Source: Octopus bimaculoides (taxonomy: Eukaryota). From it: a DNA stretch of 64,000 nucleotides. The stretch spans positions 28,560,397 through 28,624,396 of the forward strand of contig NC_068988.1 of NCBI RefSeq assembly GCF_001194135.2. The letters run 5' to 3'. A program made the position numbers and the translations under genes. Under the pieces are notes generated by a model. It searched no databases and was not told the origin of the DNA. It saw only the letters and a program-made list of their open reading frames with translations. Below, piece by piece: positions 38,271-51,142 of this stretch (position 1 is its first letter; each line of letters begins with the position of its first letter).

Positions 38271-39799
38271 CTAGACTTCTTTCTAGACGCTTTAAGCATC
38301 AATACATTCATTGTAGCATTGATATTTAATGTAGATACGTATAGACAGGCTTTTATTGTAGCATTAGTATTTAAGGTCACTACTATTCGTTCACATGACT
38401 GCTTTCTACAGTAAGTGGTGAGGAAAAGTGGGTTCACAATCATATAACGATCTTAGAAATTTAAATAATCTTTAGTGGAAGTTGGTAAGAATGTCTCGGA
38501 AAAGCTGAACAAAAGGTCTTCAGAGACGAAGGCCCATCAGGTAAGTGCTTCGGCCCTTAACTTCTTACGAAGGGGGCCGGGCAACATCCAGGTCATGACT
38601 CCTGGGTGTCCTTCTACTGATATTTTTTTAGCCACTTGGATATTGAGGACGTGACATTTAAACCATATAGAGATGGACCACCTCTCCGTTGCCTCTGCTT
38701 TCAAACTAAAACTCCTTGAATAAAGAAATGACATTCGTACACTAACAAAGAATTTGTATAATGTGTGTTTTACTCCTGAGGAAGATTGGAAAACCATGTG
38801 GATAAGTTGGTAATTTATTTTTTTAAGAATTTGACTATTTTATTGCTATAAAGTTATCGATTTTAATCGATCCAGTGTGTGTGTGAACTCTCTGAAAGGT
38901 GCGAAAATGCATTATTGCAACTTTATCTTTCTTTTTTCGGTACAGTATTGATCTTGTACTTTAATAAAATCTTTTAAAATAATATTTGGAAGTTCTTGGT
39001 TTTTATTTAAATGGGGCATATTATCAGTTTTTAAAATTTTGTCTTTAGCTTTTCTTTATTTTCATTGCTTTTTTTTTACGTGAAAACTGAAAATTTTTAA
39101 TAATCGCTCTAATAATTATTGATAAATCTGTCTGTAACATAACTTCCGTTTGGTTCGCATCCAGCACCTCTTTTTTTCCTCTCTGCCTATACGTACGTAC
39201 TAAGACACGTATTTCTCTACATGGTCATTACAGACATTAAGCTACCACTTTCAAAAATAAAAGCTTTCTTCTTTTAAAAGAAGTAAATGGAAAGAAAATG
39301 ATGAATCACCAGTCTTTAAATTTCTCTTAATAAAACTACAAATAATTGTTCGATTATTTTTTCTATTAAATTTTAAGTTACTTTCTTTACCATAAGAAAT
39401 GGCATGTGTGTGTGTGATTCAGTTTTATTTCAAGATTTCTTGTTTAAACAACTTAACACATAACTTAAATCTTTCAAGTGGTTTGATAGTTTTCTTTGAA
39501 TGACAAAGTTCATAAATAAGAGCGATAAGCACAGCAAAACCGGGGGAAATAATTTTACTATCTCTGCTATTGAAAGAGCCCAGAATGAGATCTGGCAATG
39601 TTCTTGAGAACAGGAAACTGAGCGAGCCATTGCTAAGTCCGACTCCGCAAGCTTTACTCTTTCATCCAGGGATTTCAGACACCGTGACAAGTCACGAAGT
39701 GAGACAGTGTTTACTCCATTATTTTTTCGAATACAGACAAACTTGTTAAATTCCAGTAATTCAGCATCTATCGTGGGATCATTTTTGTATATGCATACA

Positions 39800-40338
39800 C
39801 TAGCTGACGTACCCGGGAAAGCGGGGCTTATCCCTTGGTTCCGTTCTCATAATTGCTTCACCAATCCAGTAACAACAATACAAAGTATGTAGCCCTTAAA
39901 ACGGTTTTTGTGCATTTACAGAGAATACCGAACTGTCTTACACAGGATCATGTTTTTAGGAATTCCCAATAAGTTATGAATACCCAAATTGTAAATTTAG
40001 TTGTGTAATAACATGAAATTAATTACCCGATAGTAAGAATTCAAATAAAGTGCAGGTGCTATGGGTTATTTCCGTTGAGTGTTATTAAAAAATATTGTGC
40101 AGATGCTATGGGTTATTTCCCTTGGGTATTTAAAAAAATTAGCTATATGAGGTAGATATAAAGATCCCTTCCAGGGGCCGTATTATCGATTTTTCAACAA
40201 TCTAAGTATGTCACGGGGTTTCCATACATGAGTTCTACTCATGTGTTAAGTTTCATGAAAATCAATAAAACGATGTAGGAGGAGTTAGCTAACAACGCCA
40301 CAACCAAACGCACACCGATTTCCCACATATGTAGTAGA
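39800..40338 (-). mobile_element. Non-autonomous Helitron (about 539 bp)
   Basis: Minus strand starts A|TC and ends CTAG|T, with a subterminal CCCG-ctttcc-CGGG hairpin and no TSD. It carries an internal ~48-bp tandem duplication at about 40050-40140. Confidence 0.75.
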
Positions 40339-41344
40339 TGTTTCGACAGGGCCAAAATAAATGAGCCAAGAAGATAGAGAGACATCAGCTTGAAAACTGG
40401 ATATAAAGAAATAATAAATAATGGTAGGGAGCATTAGTAGTAGTTGAAAGAACATCTCAAGTAGATTCTGGAAGATTCCAAGACTTTTAAGCTAACAATT
40501 CTAACTTTCACGCTGTTTTATTGGTTCTTTTGCAGTGTCCATTTCCCCTAGGATTGTATGAAGGGGTTTTGCATTTCAGAATTCCTTGTTTTAGAAAAGT
40601 TCGAATTTTCTCGTGAATTGAGCTCCTTTATAAACTTGGATAGCGCCGGGAGTTCCAAGAAGAGAAAGTAATTGTTTATAACATCAGTCAAGTTTCGAGA
40701 TACTAACTGTTTAGATCCAGCCAAATCCAACGAAACTGCGTTGGATTTTGTAGGATCTATACAGAAGTCACCATTTAACATCCGTTTTCCATGCTGGCAC
40801 GAGTTGAACGTTTCGACAGGAACCAACGAGCTCTACTGTCTGTCTGTCTGGTATGCTTTCTTCGACTGGATGCCCTTCGTAATGCTAACCACTATGCAGC
40901 GTATGCTAGGTGAGTTTTATGTGCCATCGGTACCAGTAAAGTCACCAAGTAACTCGCAAGATAAGACCCCTCAGTCTAAGTGGAGAGCGAAGGGCGTGGT
41001 TTTGTGGCAGGTGATGAGAGGTTAAAGTATAATAGACAGAAACAGGTGTCTTGTAGTTGAGATATGAATTTAGATTCGGAGCATATTCGGCAGTCATAAA
41101 ATATTTTACGAATATCCTCAACAGAAAATATTTTTTGTCCTATACATAATTCAACAATCTTTGCACACATAGGTTGCACAATTTATGGCAAAAATCGCTG
41201 AAGAAATTCCTAAGCTGGTTGAGCAGAACAAATCATTCGAAACAAGACATCAAAACACTTTATTTTAATACGTAGAAAATATTGAAACTATACGAAGAAA
41301 GATTGCTTCTTCAACGTAATATTTTGTCATTGATTTTGCATTGT

Positions 41345-41735
41345 ATATAGAATGCCCCTGGACATATTGTCAGTGATGTTTCCTGGGCTCATTAGGTGTT
41401 TCAGGACTTTTCAACATCAGACACACCCACGACTCAACCGATTTGAGCAAGCACCGGCTTGTGTCCTGCTAGCACTACTCCTGGTAACACTTCCCCTTTC
41501 AGGGCTTGCACCTCCTCGCCCACAACCACCTTGAGGCATCTTTGCTGCCTCCACAGCCAGCTTGGTGGCTTTCCACTTACTGGTCCCTATCCTGCTAAGT
41601 ATGTTGCAAGATCTACAGACGGACTGGCCTGCAAACTCTGTATCCCACCTCAATAGGATCTAATCTAAGATCTCTGGCGCATGACAGAAATGCTTGTAGA
41701 TTCCTGCTATGATCTTCCATGGAGTCACGTGGTCA
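41345..41735 (-). mobile_element. 3' remnant of an RLE-type (R2 superclade, HERO-like) non-LTR retrotransposon
   Basis: Frameshifted translation TPW...EVGYR/FAGQSVCR...KWKATKLAVEAA/ASRWLWARR resembles the RLE C-terminus, followed by a HERO-like 3'UTR (gtctgatgttgaaaagtcctgaaacacc...catcactga). Confidence 0.6.
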
Positions 41736-43517
41736 ATGATGTCTAGAAATAAATAGGTTCAGGTTTAAAGCGTCGTCCGGGTGGACTGTCCCATTGCTAC
41801 GCTACTGCTCTGGGGTCGATAAAATAAAGTACTAGTCTAGTACTGGTGGTAGATTTATATCCTTATAATACATTTTAAATGGAAAAGTTATTGCATTAGA
41901 AGAAACTAGATAACATAATACACAAGTAGACAATTCAATACGTTATCCTGTCGGTCGTCTCTCCTCTGCAGGCCTTTATAAGCATTCATTAAATAATCCC
42001 TTTATTAATATGCATATAAATGCAGTAGTATACTATGTTTCAGTGATATTATTTCCTGCAAAACTAAGTATAATTAGCATCAAGCAAAAATGAAATCAAT
42101 GAGATAAATGAACTTAAGTTCTCTGTTTATAGTTGTCGGTTATAAAGATAGACGTTCTAATAATGCTTCATGATAATGTATGATAAACCTAAAGTATAAA
42201 CTCAAAAGAGGATTGATTAAAAGTATTACAATTATAGAAAGACTTTTCACCGGAAATTAAACACTCGAAAATGGTTGGACCAATTTTCTTCAGGTTACGG
42301 CCGTCTGTTGGTAATTAGCAAAAGAAGGGCAGCAGCCATAACCATTTTGACAAATGAATAATGACAACTAAGCGAAGTTGAAGCAATTAAGTCTCATTTT
42401 AAGTTGTTGCAGATTAAGATAAAACATTTCGGACAAGAACAGAAATTCAAACGATTGCAGACAGATTCGACAAATTATTTTTACTATGCGATCGAGAAGA
42501 TAAAAAAAACATCGAAAGCGATGGGTAGTAAAGCCGGTTACAGCCGAAAATTTACATTGGTAATAAAAGTCAAGCTTCATTGATGATATCGTTGTGTTAC
42601 ATAAGTCCTTTTCAGTAGAACTCATACTTTGCCAACGATTGAAATAATTCTTCCTAATTATTTAGGTTGATATATGTATGTCTTTTCATTTGACATTTAG
42701 AGTTTCATGAATTACTAATCGACATCTGGAATTTTATGAATTATTATATTAATATATATACACATTTTTTGGATTTTATTAGATTGCCAGTTGAAGCTAA
42801 CATTCTTTGTTTTAGGATTTTAAAAAATGTGGAACAATAAACAGAGAAAAGCACAAATAAAGCCTGGATGGTGCCAACAATTATCGTTTCTGAATAATGA
42901 ATGACGTACATAAAAAAATTCTTTACGAATTGAAATTTGTTTTTAGTTGAAAGAAACAAAAACTTAGCGGTCATTGTTAGCGTGTCTTAAACGGATGAGG
43001 AAATAATATAAAAAATTAAAAATACAAATTTCATGATTTTTTCCCCTTGCTAACCAGGGCGTGAATTTACTTTTGCACAATGACCCTCCCGAGATACAAC
43101 GAAATATGTTTCAACACACGAATTCACATCTTGCAAACTATATACAAAATGAAAACTAAAAATTGTATTTTTTGTTAACGTTTTATTTCTTTGAATTATC
43201 TCCCCTTCTCTTTTTAATTTCTTGCTTCGAGGTTCTTGTTTTCCCTCTTCCCTTAAAAGGCAAATTTCAGTTCATTAAGAATTTTTTGCCACTTCATTCA
43301 GTACATCGCCATGTGAATGAATTATTGTTATTTATGTCATTGGCTTACTTGTGCTATTTCCCTTACCTCACTTTTGAAAATTGTTTCTGCGGAATGAAAC
43401 GATTGGACATGGCTGTTTGGACGTTGCGGATTTGACATGGCTGACTGGACATTCAGCCTGTTTTGGTGACGGTACTTTGTGGCACTGGAGGCAAGCACAT
43501 AAACACATGCACATACA

Positions 43518-43558
<41 letters not shown>

Positions 43559-43876
43559 GGAGATACATTATAAAGAAATAAACATCAAAATAGACGATGC
43601 CAAGTAAACAGCGTTGAATCAGCCCCGTCAAATAAGCAGCACCAAAACGATTGTGCTGAAAATGTTTCATACCTTTATTTCCAGATGATTGCCATATTGG
43701 GCACTGTCATGCTATTAGCTGTCAGAAGTGAAAGTGCTCACTGCTAGTGAAGTATCTGTCTGTCTGCCTGTCTGTTGCTGGCCTGTCGATTCTTTGCTCG
43801 CTCCGGCCAGTCATGGTGACTGGCCGGAGCGAGCTATCTGTCTGTCTGTCTCTCTCTCTATCTATCNNNNNNNNNN

Positions 43877-43912
<36 letters not shown>

Positions 43913-44659
43913 ATTAGAGAGAACCTTGTCGTAATGGTAATGGTATTAGTTTTGTCGGTTATCAGGTGGTCGGGGTAAGGAGGAGGAGGAGCGGGGACAC
44001 AGAGAATCCCTCGACTTAGTGATAATGGTATTGGCTTTGTTAGTTGCTGGACTCTGATGACAACGCGGTGATGACGGTTGCCGCGACTGGACGACGGTGC
44101 AGGCAGGTGGTACTACAACTACTACTATTACTATTAATAGCACTGCTAATGCTGCCTGTAGTTATAAACGTAAATGTGTGAAATGAATATCTGAAGGAAA
44201 AAGGATTAAAAAAAAAAAAAACAGGAGGAAAAAAAAAGGCTTTATAATGATATATCACTTCTCATTGAATGACTATATGTCTACTTTATAGAAGCTTTCA
44301 TTTTAATATGCTAGCTTCATTGGTACTACGATAATGGAATCCACTGTGCTCTGTATTAGATATTATTACCTTGTGTGAAATACGACAATAGCAGGAGCGC
44401 TCGATAAAGACAATATCTCTTTTCAGGAATATAACTTGAGGATTACACGTCAAATTCTCCGTCAGCTTTAAATGGAGACGATATTTGAAAAGATACCAAC
44501 GTCTAGTTATTTTATCGCAGAGTGAAAAGACATCGTTGGGAATCAATAATGACATTTTGAAGCTATGGTTCTGCTTCCATTCAAGTTTATGTTGCTGTTG
44601 TTCTTTTTTGCTTTCTTTTGTTTTTTGTTTTTTTTGTTTTTTCGGAGGTGTTGAGTGGA

Positions 44660-44873
44660 TGTTGCGGAAATTTTAACTTATTATTTCGAAGATAATAGCG
44701 AAGTGTTGTTGTAAAGAGTAAGAGGTGTTATATTTCTATAAGAAAAATGCAAGTTTTTAAGAAAGTCAGAGTTAATGGACTTACCGGATACGGAAGTTGT
44801 GATATTTTGTTATAAGTTTTTGTAAGAATCGGTTATTGCGAGTCGAAGTCAAAAATAAAATTTATCGGACAAA
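44660..44873. promoter_or_regulatory. Putative bidirectional promoter of STEEP1
   Basis: ETS CGGAAGT at 44791-44797, CpG enrichment, and a minus-strand donor CCG|gtaagt at 44785/44784. Confidence 0.5.
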
Positions 44874-44994
44874 ATGCCGAAAGTCGTGTCCAGAAGCGTA
44901 GTTTGTACTGACACTAAAGATCAAGAAGAATATCAAGGAGAGAAACCACTTTACATTTATTACTGTATATGTGGGCAAATGTCGTTGATTCTTG
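44874..44994 (+). CDS. STEEP1: STEEP1 exon 1
   Basis: MPKVVSRS...GQMSLIL, donor G|gtaagt. Confidence 0.95.
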
Positions 44995-45273
44995 GTAAGT
45001 ATTTTAAGCATTTTGCACATTTATTTAACTTAAATACCTTCTTTGATGTTATGGAAGGCACACTTTGCCATAAAAAACAGTCTCAAAAAATCGCTCCGGG
45101 CCCTTTATCCATAGCTGAGTTCCCTATGAGACAATTTTGTTCCTGGCACATTTTTTTCCTTGAATATATGCTGCTGAAATTGTGTTACATCTAATATACT
45201 CTTGGGTCGTTTATTCCTTCTAATACAGCACTTTTATAATTGAATATAGCGGTATTGTTGCTAGAACAATAAT

Positions 45274-45311
<38 letters not shown>

Positions 45312-48300
45312 TGATTATAAATTTTTGAATAAGTTAGAAAGTTGATGCTGGTGGAAATGGGGAGTCGATCTTCGCGTCCAAGTTGTCAGCATTGTGTAAG
45401 AGAAGTAACCATGAAAGGCTCAGCCCTCCTTAAGTGTAAACTAGATAGCATAGTGATGTCTCAGTCACCCCCTGTAAGCAGTGGGGAACACTGTAACTGC
45501 ATCTCATCTAGGCTAATTCTCTTCCTAATTAAATGGACTATAACTCTTTCCGGCTTTGATACCTCTTATGTATATATCTATCTATCCGTGGAGGCGCAAT
45601 AGCCCAGTGGTTAGGGCAGCGGACTCGCGGTCATAGGATCGCGGTTTCGATTTCCAGACCGGGCGTTGTGTGTGTTTATTGAGCGAAAAACACCTAAAGT
45701 TCCACGAGGCTCCAGCAGGGGATGGTGGCGAACCCTTCTGTACTCTTTCATCACAACTTTCTCTCACTCTTACTTCCTGTTTCTGTTGTGCTTGTAATTC
45801 AAAGGGCCAGCCCCGAGAACTACGTTAAGGGTACACGTGTCTTTGGAGTGCTCAGCACGTTAATTTCACGAGCAGGCTGTTCCGTTGATTGGATCACCTG
45901 GAACCCTCGTCGTCGTAAGCGACGGAGTGCCAACACAAACACACAACACACATATATATCTTTCAGACATATATAGCAGCAAGAAAAATCGATGCTCTTC
46001 AAATGAAATCTCTTGTGACATTTGTTCTGTTGCAAGTTACTGATGCTCCTATATCTTTATTGTAATTAGTAATTCAAAGAACCAGTGATTGGTACACTGA
46101 AAACCTGGAACCAACAATGTAATTTTTCACCAAAAGAGATCTAAAGTTAAATGTCTAAATTTTGCAAATTCAAGTTTCCCACTCATTTTTATAACCATGG
46201 TTCATGTTTTACTGCCATGTAGCATGGCACTTCACACACATGCATCATACAGTCTACTTTTCACTCTGAGCTAGAGGCCCTTTGTCACTAGCAAAGGTAG
46301 GAGCTTTCTGAACTTTGCAACATTGACTCTAAGGTCCTTCGATTTTAAACCTTGCTTCCACACCTGAAATTTCTTCTCTAGTTCTGGTAGTGATTCAGCT
46401 ATGAGGGCCAGGTCATCAGCAAAGAGGAGCTCCCAGAGGCAGCCTGTCTTGAATTCCTCTGTTATTGCCTGGAGGACTATGATAAATAAGAGGGGACTGA
46501 AGACTGATCCTTGGTGAACCCTTACTTCTCCTTGGAATTCTTCACCTGAATGAATAAGCATCGCATTAAACAGAATAACCTGAATACTAAACATGATTTT
46601 ACAGTTTCTCTTGTGTGCAATAGTCTGTGCAGAGTAGCCTCGCCTGTAGCACGAACCTGAAACAACACCCCTTTCTTTCTAATACTGGGTCTTTATATCC
46701 TTGACTAATACGTCACCGTCCAATTCCGCTTTGTATATCTCAAAACAGTCGGAGATTGGATCAATTGAAATGTGGTATAGAATATAAAAATGCACGAGGT
46801 GAGGATTGATAGACCAGAAAATATTACTGAAATAATTATTTTTGAAATTTTGGAAGCTAGTGGATTGACGTAAGTGGAAGAGTTATGTCCCTTCGCATTT
46901 TAAGTCGAAAATCCCGTTGAGGTTGATTTTACTGAGAAATGAGATGATTTGACATGGTTGACTGGACAACTCTTGGAGTAGTTGACGTTCAGAAGGGCAT
47001 TCAACCGGAGACCTTGCCAGATCAGATTGGAGCCTGGCGCAGCATACTGGCTCTCCAGTCCTCAGTCAAACTACCCAACCCCTGCCAGCATGGAAAACGG
47101 ACGTTAAACAGTGATGATGATGATTGACACAATCAAGGAGATCCTTTGCTGCTGAAATCCCATCTTCTTGAGTTGACCACTCTCTACACTCTTTACTTCT
47201 AAGCATTGCTATAAACAACCGAACTGAGCAAGAATGTTATATCTCAGTGTGCATGCATGACAGAGTTCAAAGTCAATTTGTGCCAAGCAGATTCAATCTG
47301 TGTACTTTAGCTTCGTTACCATAGCAACAGTCCTGGTACTTTTTAATCAGACCTCGTACATGTGCAGATAGATAGAGAGACGTTACAGTTTATTAATTGA
47401 ACGTGTTTGATACAAACATACACTAAGAGAAATATGCTTACAGACATAGAGAGAGAGAAAGGAGCCGACAAACAGACAAAAACATGAAAATGTCTGGTGT
47501 CAAATAAGGCAGCTTCAAAGCAGTGACACCAAACAAGCAATGCCAAAACGTCTCATATTTAATTTTATCTTTCACCTTTCTGGCATCCATAAAATAAAAT
47601 GCCAGTCATGTCAATGGTATTACCTATACACTGCCACTTCCCAAATTCAAGGCCTTGTCTCTGTCTGAAATCAAATTTTAACTTGTGTCGTTTTTATATT
47701 TATCATTTGTTTTATTAGATTGCCCCATGGAGAAGTTGCCTCTGAGGAAACGAGATGGTGCTAGAGTGATAGATGGTCAGAAACATGCTCATAAAATCAC
47801 ATGTGACCCAGACGAAATTATCTACTTGAGAAGGTATCTACAAATGACAAGATTTTTTGTTTCCTAGACACATTTTTAAATTAATGATTGTTGAAAGATG
47901 GCAAACTGGCAGAATCATAGAATCATTAGCACGCCAAGTTAAATGCTTTGTAACTTTTCATCTGTCTTTACATTTTGAGTTCATATTTTGCTGGGGTCGA
48001 CTTTGTTTTTCATCCTTTTGGCGTTGATAAAATAAGTACCAGTCATGTACTGGGGTTGATGTAATCGACTTACTCTCTCCCTGAAACTACTACCAAATCT
48101 AACAACTGTTGCATAAAAGATATCACATTTTTTTTATAACCTAAAACTACCAATAATTTATATTTTCTTCAAATGATTGTTATCTTATATAAATTCAAAT
48201 ACTCTGAAAAGTTTTTTTATCTAGTTTTCTATTCATGTTTCTCCTTACAGACCTGAAGGTGTTGAAAAACAGTATCGACAAAAATGCAAACGGTAAGAAT

Positions 48301-50789
48301 TAATTGACAGTATTATACTTTTTCTCTATATATTCTACATATAACCATTCTTGTTTACAGAGAATTTCAGTTGGTTAAGTTAATAGAGTGCTAACTTGCA
48401 AGAGAAAAAAAGTTTCCTTGATTTCATTCTGTCACTAGCATTGTACCTTAACTGATTGAACCATTAAACTTTTAGAGGCCCAACTCATCAAGGAATAAAA
48501 AGGTATAATGGCCAGCTTAATATTATAAGCAGCTGACCTTCTGTAATTTTTATGTCATTAATATCATGTGTTTGGTTGGAATCTTGCTAGATGATGACAT
48601 TTCAGAAGAAATACCTGTTTATTTTGACAGATGCGGTCTTTGTTTATATTACCATCACCAGGGTAAAAGCAATGTCATGTTCATAGTGGAAGATGCGCTT
48701 AGAGAGGCTGGAGAAGGCGTCAAGACTGATGTATATAGTCAGATTTCTAAACCGAAGAAGGTGAGAATTGCCAACGATTTTCTTTGTTATTAGTTCTTTT
48801 GAAACCTTGCATGTACAAAGATGTCCTAAATCTTTTCAAGACTAAAATAGTTTGCAGTATCGAATATTTCTTCAAAATACACACAATATTGTATCTGATG
48901 GCATAAAAGACACATGGGTATATTAGCACACCCTGAGTCCAGCAGGGAATATTTAGGAAAAAGAATGTGCTCATGGGGTGTCCAACTTTGCATGTAGGAC
49001 CCAAAGTGATTTTTTGAGACTTTGTTATTAAAAAAAAAAAAGCTGTGTGCTTTATATGCCATCAACCATTGTAGGGTGGTTATCTTTTATTTTAATTCAT
49101 CGGTACTAAAATTTATTGTTAAATAAGTTGCACAAATAATTGTAACCATTAAGAATAGTAATGGGGACTTCAAAAGGATTATATTTCAAAATTGAAAACC
49201 CGTATTAGTAACACACTGAATTCTCAAAGAGTTTTTTTTCATCCTACCTGGGATTTGGAATTTAATTTTTATTTTCATCCAAGGATTTAGTAAAGAAAAT
49301 GTTATGGTTGGTAAATGCTTAAAAGTTACACCAAGGATGATTTCCTGTATCATTAATTAGTGATAACAAGACATATTAATGTTGCATAGAGTCCAGTAAA
49401 TTTAGATTTGACTAAGTTATGGGACTGATGCTAATTATATAGACTATCTCAAGAATTTCTCTTTTGAAACTTACATTGCATCAACAAAAGTTTTCCTAAA
49501 CCCTTTCAAGACTAAAATAGTTGGCAGTACCATATATTTCTTTAAAATACACACAAGTATCAAGGACCTTTATATACTGCATTTGATGGCATAAAAGACA
49601 CTTGGGGATATCAGCACACCCCAAGTTCAGCAAGGCATTTTCAGGAAAATGAGTATCAGGAGCAAAATTAGCTAATGGGATGTTTAGTTTTGCATATAGG
49701 ACCAAGGGCGATTCTTTGAGACTTTTTTTTTTTTATAAACAAACCAGTGGTGTCATATATTAACCCAGTTCACGATAGATGTTGGTATTGTGATAGAGCA
49801 AGTAAATTATTTCTATAGCATTTCCAATCAATGTATTGGTACTTGAAAGAGATGTTGGAAAAAGAATTTCTTAACTTTTAAATATTCCTTTATCTTCCCA
49901 GGTCACATTAACCAAACATACCAAAAATATGGGCAAGTTTAGTTCTGTTACTGTATCAACTGTTGATGAAGAAGAAGAAGAAATAGAAGCTGTAAGTAAT
50001 TTAATGTCTATCCTACTATTTTTGCTTTTATCATCTTTTACTGATTTCAGTCATGTTGAAAATGTTTATTTTTATGGAATTATGTTCTAATCACAATTAT
50101 ATTTATTTCTTCCAGAAAGAAATTGCTGATTCCTATGCTGCCAATGCTAAAGTTATTGAGAAACAACTGTTAAGGAAAGGAATGAGTAAAAAGAAATTAA
50201 TGGAACAGGTAAGAGTTTGTGGTTGGCTGTTTTGTTTTCTTTTTAACCATTCTTGATGCCAGATATACAATGATTTCTCGGTTTAGTCTGACAGTCTTTG
50301 AGATGAAGATACTGCACTTTTACACTAATAATCTCATGTCAGTATTGTTTGCCAACCTAAAGGAATGGTAAAGGGGATATTCATTTGTAAAAATTACGTT
50401 TTAATATTTTTTTTCTGCATTAATACTGTTCAGTAATTGCCTCTGATCCATTGAGCTTTTACAGTATTGATGAAGACTGTATCTTCATCTAGTTATTAAT
50501 TTGAGAGAAGACAAACTGTATTTCAGATTTGACTTGCTAATAGTTTATCACCAATTTGTAATATTTTCACATCATAATGGAGGGGCTTTCCAACACTGTT
50601 TCATGTTTGATAAATCATTCTGTTTATCTAAATAGTTTCATACTTAGAGACTAACTGACTTTAAATTATGTTTGTGTGAGAGAGGAAGTCTAAAAGATTG
50701 GCCTTTTGTTGAAGTTTTGGTTTTCTTTTATTAAACAGGCAGAAGAAGAAGCTAAAAAGCGCCCCAAGGGAACACTCATTGACAAATAA
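44874..50789 (+). CDS. STEEP1: STEEP1 / CXorf56 (UPF0428) orthologue, 7 coding exons, 213 aa
   Basis: join(44874-44994,47719-47833,48251-48292,48631-48760,49902-49991,50116-50208,50739-50789), all GT-AG with consistent phases. Translation [20 protein letters not shown]...[31 protein letters not shown]...[21 protein letters not shown]...[42 protein letters not shown]...KGTLIDK* is the recognisable CXorf56 signature. Confidence 0.95.
45587..45935 (+). mobile_element. tRNA-derived SINE (second family); another copy at about 63293-63690 +
   Basis: A box tagcccagtggttagg, B box ggtttcgatttcc; the two copies align along their length. Confidence 0.8.
46290..46555 (-). mobile_element. RTE-clade LINE reverse transcriptase fragment in STEEP1 intron 1 (antisense)
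   Basis: [60 protein letters not shown] (RT domain with FADD motif). Confidence 0.85.
47719..47833 (+). CDS. STEEP1: STEEP1 exon 2
   Basis: ttattag|AT; [38 protein letters not shown]; AG|gtatct. Confidence 0.93.
48251..48292 (+). CDS. STEEP1: STEEP1 exon 3
   Basis: ccttacag|A; [14 protein letters not shown]; CG|gtaaga. Confidence 0.92.
48631..48760 (+). CDS. STEEP1: STEEP1 exon 4
   Basis: ttgacag|A; [23 protein letters not shown]...KPKK; AAG|gtgaga. Confidence 0.92.
49902..49991 (+). CDS. STEEP1: STEEP1 exon 5
   Basis: cttcccag|; [30 protein letters not shown]; |gtaagt. Confidence 0.94.
50116..50208 (+). CDS. STEEP1: STEEP1 exon 6
   Basis: cttccag|; [31 protein letters not shown]; |gtaaga. 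Confidence 0.94.
50739..50789 (+). CDS. STEEP1: STEEP1 exon 7 (terminal coding exon)
   Basis: ttaaacag|; [16 protein letters not shown]. Confidence 0.9.
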   Translation, partial: AEEEAKKRPKGTLIDK

Positions 50790-51110
50790 AGGAAATACAA
50801 GAAGAAAGTTTACTTGAGAATTTTAAAACCTGATCTCTCCTGGTGCATCTCTGCTGTGAAGAAAGAGGATATGAAAGCAGTTTAATTTGTTTAAATTATA
50901 TTCTTGTAATTGATTTAAATTTTCTGACACTTTCAACTTCACAGTATGGGGTACAATACACTAACAAAGGGGCCAAAGTGCTGTATATATGAACTCTATC
51001 TGAAAACATCAACCACTATTTTATGATGACATTTCTGTACAGATTTTCATTTCATATGTATATATAGATGTCCAACCCATGCCAGCATGGAAAACGGACA
51101 TTAAATGATG

Positions 51111-51142
<32 letters not shown>

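Noticed and set aside
40805-40830. GAAACGTT on the minus strand
   Set aside because: No upstream CUGANGA core.
42368-42625. Stretch open on both strands for about 70-85 codons
   Set aside because: No recognisable homology or splice context; left unassigned.
44052-44090. CTGATGA followed by a CGCGG/CCGCG stem
   Set aside because: No GAAA after the stem, so not a hammerhead.
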